Assembly: GCA_022820995.1 (NCBI GenBank)
Contig: JAJEEM010000050.1
Coordinates: 1,140 to 65,139, forward strand
Origin: Gemmatimonadota bacterium
GTDB lineage: Bacteria > Gemmatimonadota > Gemmatimonadetes > Palauibacterales > Palauibacteraceae
Direction of reading: 5' to 3'
DNA length: 64,000 nt
Shown: one piece after another, positions 56,101-64,000 of the stretch
How the letters are laid out: each line of letters opens with the position of its first letter
Position numbering within the stretch: position 1 is the stretch's first letter
The notes under the pieces: model-generated
Told to the model about the DNA's origin: nothing
Databases searched by the model: none
The model's input: the letters and a program-made list of their open reading frames with translations, nothing else
Position numbers and translations under genes: made by a program

Positions 56101-56707
56101 CCACCGCGATCGCGTACGGATTGGCGGCGTCGGCGGTCTTCCAGGGGCTCAGGAGAAGCGAGCCCGCCGTGCCCTGGAAGGCGGGACCGAAGAGGGCGAT
56201 GAGCAGCACGGCCGAGGCGACGCCCGCGAACCAGGCGGTCGAACGGCGCAGCCGGTCGCGCTCCACGCGGCGCCCCCGTTCCACGCGGCGCGCGCGACGG
56301 GCGGCGACCTCCAGCAGGCGCGCATCGAGGCCGGAGCGGGCGCCCGGCGACCCGGCGCGCTCGATGGCCGCGAGAAACGCCGCCTTGAGCGACGGTTCAT
56401 GCTCCTCCAGGTAGAGCGCGACCTGCGTGTCCGAGACCCGGCGCAGGAGCGGGCGCACCACGAACCAGGCGACGAGGCCGGCGGCGGCGACCCAGAGCAG
56501 GATGCGGGAGGCGAGGACCGCGCCGTCGTCGAAGCGCAGCCGGTCGATCCCGAAGGTCGCGATGAAGAAGACGGCGAAACCGATTCCCAGCGTCACGGCG
56601 ACGCCCTGGATGACCTGGCGCACGCGCCAGCGTCGCCTCACATCGCGGATGATTTCGAGCAACTGGTGCTCCGTGCTCCGCCTCTTCGCCCATCGCTGCA
56701 TCGTCAT
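53102..56707 (-). CDS. Large DUF4175-like membrane protein with coiled-coil and Gln/Gly-rich C-terminus
   Basis: 3 N-terminal TM, Ig-like middle (PAYTGL, DQPP.V.I..P, AEDDFG), long Q/E/R coiled coil, terminal VPEEYRELVEAYYRALS; SD GAGGAGG. Confidence 0.8.
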   Translation of the reverse strand: MTMQRWAKRRSTEHQLLEIIRDVRRRWRVRQVIQGVAVTLGIGFAVFFIATFGIDRLRFDDGAVLASRILLWVAAAGLVAWFVVRPLLRRVSDTQVALYLEEHEPSLKAAFLAAIERAGSPGARSGLDARLLEVAARRARRVERGRRVERDRLRRSTAWFAGVASAVLLIALFGPAFQGTAGSLLLSPWKTADAANPYAIAVEPGDALIARGSDQLVRAFPQGFETDEVEVSVRRGESDAWERYFMTPAAEGAAFEVLLFDLDEPTDYTVSSEGVRSPVFTIEVADLPYVDRIDLEYHFPAYTGLSPRTVEDGGDIAVLRGTEVRLRVTPTMATEAARLAFDGEEEGAALEPVNGAFETSFTVTGETFYRIEFMGPGNRFVIGSPDYLVEPLDDQPPGVRISEPGRDTRLSPIEELYVEVEAEDDFGLGRVELLYSVNGGEESSRVLHGTTGGGTTQLSGGHTFFLEEFGLEPGDVLSYYARAADLRPGGPGGGIESSDIYFVEIRPFDRNFRQAEQGGGGGGGGGGGAGMGGELSEQQRQIVAATFRLERDSNEFEEEEMSENLATLTLLQGRLRQQVEELIAQMQQRGVAGDPSLETVFRELPQAPPAMLEAETRLGERQLKEALAPEQRSLQHLQRAEAAFRDVQVQQGGGGGGGTPGSVGSGAEELADLFELELDRLRNQYETVQRGQQQQQDQEVDEALQKLEELARRQQQMNERAAAQPRGAAGGGQGQQQQMIQETEELARQLQRLGREGDRADVEESARRLQEAADEMRRAQAQGRRGQGQAEASNALDRLRDARRLLENRQVAAVEREVEDAARRAERIAERQRELQSDVNEDPTGGDPDRVAGLRERKTELAREVDQLETDLDRLAREARQDQPDAARRLTEAAGEIRESRLRDKLNFSRGVLGTQSEDYVRNFEEQITRDAENVRARVQAARDALSESDPRRLGRQLDETRDLVRGLESLQERLQQGQEGQEGQGQQQGQGDQQGQGQQEGQGEQQGQGQGQQGEGQQGGQGQQGGQGQEGGQQGEGQGGQQQGEGQGQGGRGGQPGQPGQNPRGGQGFAPGGGGGGGGGPWLSPEDVRQFQREFRQRAQDARRLRDELGQEGVDVGDLDDAIAGLDRLRTIGDFDDPEELAALQADVLRGLKDFEFALRRELGSQIERFFLSGSDDVPEEYRELVEAYYRALSEDPPPR
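53470..53782 (-). repeat. Low-complexity coding repeat (Gln-Gly-Glu units, e.g. GQGQQ[E/Q]G)
   Basis: Degenerate ccctggccc/ccctgctg tandem units encoding QQGQEGQEGQGQQQGQGDQQGQG... Confidence 0.85.
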
Positions 56708-56712
56708 CCTCC

Positions 56713-58803
56713 TCAGGCCCCTGCCAGCCCCGACACGGGACGCTGGCGCGTCCAGCGGTTCGCCAGCACGCTCTCCACCCCCAGCACGAGCCCCGCGAGC
56801 AGCAGGAGCACCCACCAGAGTTCCGCGCGCCGCGGCACCGTTTCCTCGTCCGCCGCCGCTCCGTCCTCCCCGGCGGTTCCCGCCGCCGTCGGCGCGACGC
56901 CCGCCACGGCCTCCACCACGCGCTCCGTCGCCACCGACGCCAGATCAGATTCGGTCATCGGAGGGTTGACCGCCACGGTGGTCGCACGGCCGGCGTCGTC
57001 CCGGAGCGCCACCTGGTAGAAGCCGGCGCGGGGAAACTCGATCCACGTCGGCCCTTCGCCGACCTCCACCGGCTGCCGGTCGCCGTCCGGATCCACCAGG
57101 ACCCACTCGGCCTCGTCCCCGGCGAGCCCCGCGGGTCCCGCCCCGCCCGCTCCGACGAGGGCGGTGAGTTCGAGCACGCCGCCGGCTTCGATCCAGCGTT
57201 CCGGCTCCCGGTATCCGGTGGCGTGGAGCGCCAGACGGTGCACGAAGGGCAGGAAGACGGGCTGCAGCGCGAGGTCGTTCCAGAAACGGTCGAGGGTCGA
57301 CGTCCAGACCAGCACGCGGCCCTCGCCCACCGCACGGTCCAGCAGGGCGGGTTCTCCGCTGTCGAAACGGGCCACCACCGCCGTGCCCTCCGCAGGCTCC
57401 AGGCTCCAGAATCGTTCGAAGCGCGCACCCGAAAAATCCCCGCTGCGGGGACCGGAGAACAACTCGAACACGGCATGGTCGTAGTCGAGCCACGACAGCC
57501 GGCGGCCGTCGGCGGCATCCACGAGGGAGCCGGGACCGGCGCCGAGCAGTTCGAGTCCGGCGTCGGACCACCGATTCATGCTCGCATCCCGCCCGAGGAC
57601 GATGAGCAGGCCTCCGCCGCCGCTCACCCATTCGCGCAGCCGGCCGGCCCGGCCCGCGTCGGCGAGGTCCGCGTCGTTGAGGATCGCGAAGTCCGCCGAC
57701 GTCAGCGTGGCGGCATCGAGACCCGCGGCCGGCGTCCGCGAAGTCTCGATACGGGGCGCGTCGCCGATGCCGAGGGCGCGTTCGAGAAAGAGACTCCCGT
57801 CCGACGCCCTGCGGTTGTTCTCCAGAATGAGCGTGCGCAACCCGACCTCGGGCGCCGCCATGAAGCGGAACTCGTTGTCGATGGCCAGCCCGTCCCCGGG
57901 GACCGTGAGACGCCCGCGGCTCCGCCCTTCCGGGAGGGCGAGGTCGTCGAACACCGCCGTCCCGGTGCCGCGCGGAGGCATGTCCACCGGAATCGTCCCC
58001 ACCGTCCGCCACGCGATCTCGAGCGACACCGGGAGCCCGTCCACCGGCGCGTCGCCCATGTTCGCCAGCCGCGCCACGAGCCGGACGCGCCCGTCGTCCG
58101 CGGCCCGCACCGCCGCCTCCGCGAGCGCCACGTTCGCGGCCTCCTCCGGCGCCACGCTCGCCGCCCGCAGCGACACCCCATCGGGAAGCCGCACCCGGCC
58201 GCCGTCCTCCCACCCCGTGCGCTGGAAGTCCGAGACGAGCGCCACCTCCCGCCTCCGGTCCTCGGACTCCGCGAGAATCCGCCCCGCAAGCTGGATGCCC
58301 GCCTCGAGCCGCGTCCCCAGGTCGGTCGTCGACAGATCCGCGAGGGCGTCCCGGGCGGCGACGAGGTCGAGCGTCAACGGCACCCGCTCCCGCGCCCGCT
58401 CGTCGAACGTCGCCACGGCGACGCGATCCCCCTCCCCGAGACCGTCGAGGACGGCGCGCGCGGAATCGAGGGCGGCCTCCCAGCGCCCCTCGTAGCCCAG
58501 GCTCGCCGACACGTCGAGGAGGATGACGACGTCGCGGGCCGAACCCGCCTCCACCGCCGCCACCGAGTCGAAGAAGGGCCGGGAAAAGGCGAGCGCGAGG
58601 AGGATGACCGCGAGGCTGCGCAGGGCGAAGAGCAGGGGATGCCGGATCCGGCGCCGGTTCATCGTCTTGAAGGGCAGCTTCCGGAGGAACATCAGCGACG
58701 GGAACACCGTCACCCGGCTGCGCTGGCGATGCGTCAGGTGGATGATGATCGGGATCGAGAGGAGTCCGAGCCCGGCCAGGAACCACGGGGTCAGGAAACT
58801 CAT
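56713..58803 (-). CDS. BatA-domain + vWA membrane protein
   Basis: FLTPWFL..PIIIHL..FPSLMFL BatA N-terminus, MIDAS DVSAS, VSDFQ, glutamine-amidotransferase-like middle, C-terminal TM ELWW..LLGVES. Confidence 0.88.
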   Translation of the reverse strand: MSFLTPWFLAGLGLLSIPIIIHLTHRQRSRVTVFPSLMFLRKLPFKTMNRRRIRHPLLFALRSLAVILLALAFSRPFFDSVAAVEAGSARDVVILLDVSASLGYEGRWEAALDSARAVLDGLGEGDRVAVATFDERARERVPLTLDLVAARDALADLSTTDLGTRLEAGIQLAGRILAESEDRRREVALVSDFQRTGWEDGGRVRLPDGVSLRAASVAPEEAANVALAEAAVRAADDGRVRLVARLANMGDAPVDGLPVSLEIAWRTVGTIPVDMPPRGTGTAVFDDLALPEGRSRGRLTVPGDGLAIDNEFRFMAAPEVGLRTLILENNRRASDGSLFLERALGIGDAPRIETSRTPAAGLDAATLTSADFAILNDADLADAGRAGRLREWVSGGGGLLIVLGRDASMNRWSDAGLELLGAGPGSLVDAADGRRLSWLDYDHAVFELFSGPRSGDFSGARFERFWSLEPAEGTAVVARFDSGEPALLDRAVGEGRVLVWTSTLDRFWNDLALQPVFLPFVHRLALHATGYREPERWIEAGGVLELTALVGAGGAGPAGLAGDEAEWVLVDPDGDRQPVEVGEGPTWIEFPRAGFYQVALRDDAGRATTVAVNPPMTESDLASVATERVVEAVAGVAPTAAGTAGEDGAAADEETVPRRAELWWVLLLLAGLVLGVESVLANRWTRQRPVSGLAGA

Positions 58804-59726
58804 CGGTCCTTCCCCTTGAGGCGCCGCGACCGGTGCGACAGATAGCGGAAGAGCACGGCGTCGAGCGGCGTCGAGGTGACGACGAGTTCGTGGTCGATCG
58901 CGCGGTCGATCATCATCTTCGAGATCTCGCCCACATGCCCCTCCACGAGGGAGAGGTACTCCTCGCGCATCACGTCCGGGGTCACAGGAAGCCGCTCCCC
59001 CGTCTCCAGGTCCTCGAACGACCTCGCCGCCTCGAACGGGAAGTCGACCTCGGCGGGGTCCAGGATCTGGAACACGATCACGTCCTGTCCCTTGCTGCGC
59101 AGCGCGCCCACCGAGTTCAGGACCGTCTTCGGTTCCGTGTAGAGGTCGGAGACGAGCACCACGATCCCCTTCCGGGTCAGGCTCTCGGCCACCTGCGTAA
59201 GGGGCCGCGTGAGGTCGCCCGCCGTCTCGGCCCGGACGCGGTCGAGCGCCGCCAGGATCAGGCGGCGGTGCCGGACGGAGGGGGGGATGTACTCGAGGAG
59301 CTTCTCATCGAAGATCGCCGCGCCCACGCGGTCGCGCTGGCTCGCGGAGAGATAGGCGAGGCAGGCCGTGAGGTAGCGGGCGTAGTCGAGCTTCGTGATC
59401 CCGCGCGAGCCGTAGTCCATGGAACGGGAGGCGTCCACCGCGAAGAAGACGTTCGCGTTCGTCTCGGCCTCGTATTCCTTGATGTAGTGGCGGTCCGTGC
59501 GTCCGTAGACCTTCCAGTCGATCTTGCGGATGTCGTCGCCGGGCAGGTACTGGCGGTGCGCCGCGAAGTCGAGCGACAGCCCGAGGAAGGGCGACCCGTG
59601 CGCCCCGGCGATGAAGCCCTCGACCACGGAACGCGCCACGAGTTCGAGGTTCCCGATCCGGGTGAGCACCGCCGGATCGAGGAACTGCGTCCCCGGCACC
59701 GTCCTCGAGACGATTCGCGCCCGCAT
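58800..59726 (-). CDS. DUF58 protein (MoxR-associated, vWA-like)
   Basis: G.HGSPFLG.S.DF..HRQY.PGDDIRKIDWKVYGR, DASRSM, VLVSDL. Confidence 0.92.
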   Translation of the reverse strand: MRARIVSRTVPGTQFLDPAVLTRIGNLELVARSVVEGFIAGAHGSPFLGLSLDFAAHRQYLPGDDIRKIDWKVYGRTDRHYIKEYEAETNANVFFAVDASRSMDYGSRGITKLDYARYLTACLAYLSASQRDRVGAAIFDEKLLEYIPPSVRHRRLILAALDRVRAETAGDLTRPLTQVAESLTRKGIVVLVSDLYTEPKTVLNSVGALRSKGQDVIVFQILDPAEVDFPFEAARSFEDLETGERLPVTPDVMREEYLSLVEGHVGEISKMMIDRAIDHELVVTSTPLDAVLFRYLSHRSRRLKGKDR

Positions 59727-59742
59727 CGTCCGGCCCGCTCCC

Positions 59743-60831
<1,089 letters not shown>

Positions 60832-60872
60832 GCCGGCTCCTTCCGGGTTCAGTGTCTCGGCTCCACGTGAGC

Positions 60873-61682
60873 TCAGTGTGTGAGGGCGTATACCACATAG
60901 TTGACGCCCAGCTTGTACGCTTCGTTGGAGAGGGCGATGGGGACGAACCCGCGGTCGGACCACTCCATGTAGTCGCCAATGTCGTTGTCGTGATTCACGA
61001 TGACCATAAGGCGGCCGTCGGGGTCGTTGTCCTCGAAGACGCCCCAGTAGCTCGCCACGCCGCCCCGGTAGGGATGCGGCATCTCGATGTTCTCCTGTTC
61101 CAGGTGGAAGAAGGAGTCGAAGATCGGGTGGCTGTCGTCGAGCCGCACGAGCCGGAGTCCCGGGAGAAGGATGCCGAGCCCTTCCCTGGTCCGGTTCAGG
61201 TCCCGCATGCCGCCCATGTCGTCGATGATGAGGAACCCGCCCTTGCGCAGATAGTTGCCCAGGTTGTCGGCCTCCGCCTGGTTCATGGTCCAGCCGCCGG
61301 GTTCCGACAGGTACGCGACGGGGAACTTGAACAGGTCCGGGTCGTCCATGGCGAGGACGTTGCCGCCGCCCCGGCGCGGGCCGATCGTCGTGAGCGCGTC
61401 CATGATCTCGGCGAAGTTCCGCTCGGCCACGGGCCAGTCGTGGGACCAACCGGGGTTCCAGCCCCATCCTCCCGTCCGGTAGTAGAGGCGGACGAAGGTG
61501 AACTCGCCGGTGTAGGGCGTGTTGTACTCCTGGTACGCGGCGAGATCATCCCCGAATCCGCCTCCGCCGCGTCCGCGCCGGCGCTGGCCCTCGAGGTCGG
61601 AGACGGCGAGCAGCGCGAGCAGCGCGGCCAGGCCGCCGGTGGCGAGACGCCGGATCGCGCGGCGTCGGGTTTGCGCGGTCAT
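60873..61682 (-). CDS. DUF4159 domain protein, exported
   Basis: FTFVRLYY..WSHDWP.AE.N, LF.FP.AY.SEPG, LRKGGFLIIDD, HPIF, AYKLGVNYVVYALTH; Arg-rich signal peptide. Confidence 0.85.
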   Translation of the reverse strand: MTAQTRRRAIRRLATGGLAALLALLAVSDLEGQRRRGRGGGGFGDDLAAYQEYNTPYTGEFTFVRLYYRTGGWGWNPGWSHDWPVAERNFAEIMDALTTIGPRRGGGNVLAMDDPDLFKFPVAYLSEPGGWTMNQAEADNLGNYLRKGGFLIIDDMGGMRDLNRTREGLGILLPGLRLVRLDDSHPIFDSFFHLEQENIEMPHPYRGGVASYWGVFEDNDPDGRLMVIVNHDNDIGDYMEWSDRGFVPIALSNEAYKLGVNYVVYALTH

Positions 61683-64000
61683 CTCCCGCCCTCCGGGTCG
61701 CCGCGAATCTCGAGCAGCAGCTCGAGCGCGGCCTCGAAGTTGGGGGCGATCTCCAGGGCGTCGAGGACCGCGCTCCGGGCGCCGCGCGCGTCCCCGCTCC
61801 GGTGCAGCGCGAGGGCGAGCCGGTAGTGGGCCTCGGCGAGGTCCGCCGGCGCCAGCGCCAGGAGCGCCCGCCGCTCCAGCGCGGCTTCGGACCAGCGTTC
61901 CGCGGCCTCGTGGCCGGAGGCGAGCCGCGCGTGCACGTCCAGGTGGAACGGGTCGATCCAGATCGCGCGTTCCAGCGCTTCGCGGGCGGCCGCCTCGTTG
62001 CCGAGCGCCTGTTCGAGGTCCGCGAGGGCGAGGTGCGCCTCGAAGTGGTTCTCGTTGAGGGCGGTGTACGTCCGGTACGCCTCCGCGGCGCGCGGGAGAT
62101 CGCCCGCTTCGCGCCGGAGCTGGCCGAGAATGAGGATCGGCGCGTCGCGTCCCGCGTACTCGGGAAAGACCTCGTGCGCCCTTTCCAGCGCCCGCATCGC
62201 CTCCTCGGCGAGGCCCGCGCGCTGAGCCTCCGCCGCCGCCATGAGCAGTCCGGCGAAGGTGTCGGGGCCGGGCGGCGTCCCGGCTTCGGGGTCGCCCAGC
62301 GCCGCGAGCGTCGAACCGAACCGGGTCTCGATGTAGTCGCGCAACTCCCGGTCGAGGGCGGGGAGCGTCGTCCCCAGCGCCCGTTCCACGACCTCCGGCG
62401 TCTCCAGCCCGTCGCGATACCCGGCGAGCATGGCGAGCACGGCGTCGAAGCCGCGCGTCGTCTCGATCATCTCGCACAGGAGGGAGGCCATGTAGTAGGC
62501 GTGCTGCACCTGCCCCGGGTAGGCGGGCCGCACGAAGCCGTAGTTGAAGCGCTCGAGCGAGGGCAGCCGCTCGTCCCGGAAGGCGGCGAGGAAGCCGGGG
62601 TCCACGTCGGATCCCCATCCCTCGCGCGCGTGCCGCTCGTCGAGGACCGCGAGTCCCTCGGAGAGCCAGCGGGGGATGCGGTGCCCGGTGTAGCCGAGCG
62701 TGAACGCGTGGGAGATCTCGTGCCACAGCGTCGAGCCCCAGTTGAAGGCGCCGCCGGGACGGGCGCCGGGGGAGTCCATGGCGAGGACGGACCCGAAGCT
62801 CACGCCGAGCGCGCCGATGCCGGCGAGTCCGACCGTGCGCACGGAGAAGTCCGCGTGCCGGTCGTAGACTTCGACCGAGATCGGCGTAGGCGGCTCGAAC
62901 CCGTAGCGGGCGCTCATGGCGTCGAACGCCTCCTCTGCGAGCGCCGTGGCGTAGATCGAGAGGGCGCCGGCTTCCTTCGGGTGCATGGAGAAGCGGAAAC
63001 GCGGGCTCTCCACCGTCTCGAACCCGGCGAGTTCCTCGAGAAGGTCGAGCGTGTTGAACACCCAGACGTTGAAGGGGTCGCCCTCGAAGGAGGCCTCGAG
63101 GGTGGCGTGCCCGGCCTCGATTTCGCCCGTGCGGAGCTGGTTCAGGCCGAGTTCCGCCATGCCGGGCCAGGACAGGGGATCGAGGGCCACGGCCTGTCGC
63201 GCGAACTCGACCGCATCGGCGTACCGGTGCGTGCGGTAGGCGACCTGCGCGAGGGCGACGTAGAGACCGGCGTGCCGCGGATCCAGCCCCAGCACGCGGT
63301 CGCGCGCCTCCGTGAAGGCGGCGGCGTCCCCCCGGAGGTGGGCGGCGGCCGCGATCTCCGTCCACGCGACGAGGGAGACCGGGTTCGTCTCCAGCGCGCG
63401 CCGAGCCTCCGCCTCGGCCTCCTCCACGTCCTCGAGTTCGAGATAGAGCCGCGCCATGAAGGCCCGGGCCTCGGTGAAGCGGGGGTTCGTCTCCAGCGCC
63501 TGCTCGGCGAGTTCGAGCGCCTCCGACGAGCCGTCGAACTTCGCGCGGCGCGCCTTCGCCAGGAGGGCGCGCGCGTGGGCGGGGTTCCGGGCCAGCGCCT
63601 CGTCGATGAGCGGACCGGCCTCGAAGCTGTCGTACTTGTCGAGAAAGAGGAGGCCGAGGTCGATGCGCGGCTCGGGGTCGCCCGGGTCGGCCTCGATGGC
63701 CTCCTCGAAGGCGCGCACCGCGTCGTGGAAGAGGTCCGGGTCGCGGGCCCCCAGGTAGGTGAGTGCGGCGCCGACGGCGCGCAGCTCCTCGGCGTCGAGG
63801 CGTCGCGCGCGGTTGTAGAAGTCGATGAACCCGTCGAACAGCGCGATGGCCTGGTCGCGCGCGCCGCGGTCGAAGAGGAGGCGGCCGAGGTCGAGCCGGG
63901 CGAGCTGGGCGTCGCCGGCCCGGCCTTCGATGGCCAGGCGGAGGTTCGCCTCGGCCTCGTCGAGGCGCCCGAGCGCGTACAGCAGACGCCCGCGCGCGCG
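61679..64000 (-). CDS. TPR protein with zincin (peptidase MA-like) domain, 5'-truncated by window
   Basis: Frame open to the window end; many TPRs; LWHEISH (HExxH)..PRWLSEGLA gluzincin pattern. Confidence 0.85.
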   Translation of the reverse strand, partial: RARGRLLYALGRLDEAEANLRLAIEGRAGDAQLARLDLGRLLFDRGARDQAIALFDGFIDFYNRARRLDAEELRAVGAALTYLGARDPDLFHDAVRAFEEAIEADPGDPEPRIDLGLLFLDKYDSFEAGPLIDEALARNPAHARALLAKARRAKFDGSSEALELAEQALETNPRFTEARAFMARLYLELEDVEEAEAEARRALETNPVSLVAWTEIAAAAHLRGDAAAFTEARDRVLGLDPRHAGLYVALAQVAYRTHRYADAVEFARQAVALDPLSWPGMAELGLNQLRTGEIEAGHATLEASFEGDPFNVWVFNTLDLLEELAGFETVESPRFRFSMHPKEAGALSIYATALAEEAFDAMSARYGFEPPTPISVEVYDRHADFSVRTVGLAGIGALGVSFGSVLAMDSPGARPGGAFNWGSTLWHEISHAFTLGYTGHRIPRWLSEGLAVLDERHAREGWGSDVDPGFLAAFRDERLPSLERFNYGFVRPAYPGQVQHAYYMASLLCEMIETTRGFDAVLAMLAGYRDGLETPEVVERALGTTLPALDRELRDYIETRFGSTLAALGDPEAGTPPGPDTFAGLLMAAAEAQRAGLAEEAMRALERAHEVFPEYAGRDAPILILGQLRREAGDLPRAAEAYRTYTALNENHFEAHLALADLEQALGNEAAAREALERAIWIDPFHLDVHARLASGHEAAERWSEAALERRALLALAPADLAEAHYRLALALHRSGDARGARSAVLDALEIAPNFEAALELLLEIRGDPEGGR

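Overview
Very GC-rich (roughly 70% by eye) chromosomal window with about 55 credible CDSs, most on the minus strand. I see no rRNA, tRNA, CRISPR array, transposase or integrase. The gene repertoire (CarboxypepD_reg/plug 'IWTK' proteins, LVIVD and choice-of-anchor B proteins, a GWxTD-like protein, a MoxR-DUF58-BatA-DUF4175-DUF4159 cluster) suggests Gemmatimonadota, possibly a Palauibacter-like host-associated lineage; this is inference, not a database result. Housekeeping content includes speB, a Fur-family regulator, nrnA, coaE, an A-type Fe-S carrier, cobB, an MntR/DtxR regulator, asnB, ccmEFGH and acnA. There is a molybdenum-hydroxylase/cyclase/amidase catabolic cluster. Three small AT-richer modules each carry a palindromic operator: BrnTA, VapBC, and an orphan Cys-less zinc-ribbon-like gene. 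The best candidate for an undescribed system is a tightly coupled three-gene operon (45223-48702) encoding a Tat-type periplasmic binding protein, a membrane receptor that ends right after its HAMP domain with no output domain, and an OFA-family MFS transporter. Many start codons were re-assigned by hand from the ORF track using SD sites and stop/start overlaps. All family calls come from motif recognition only.
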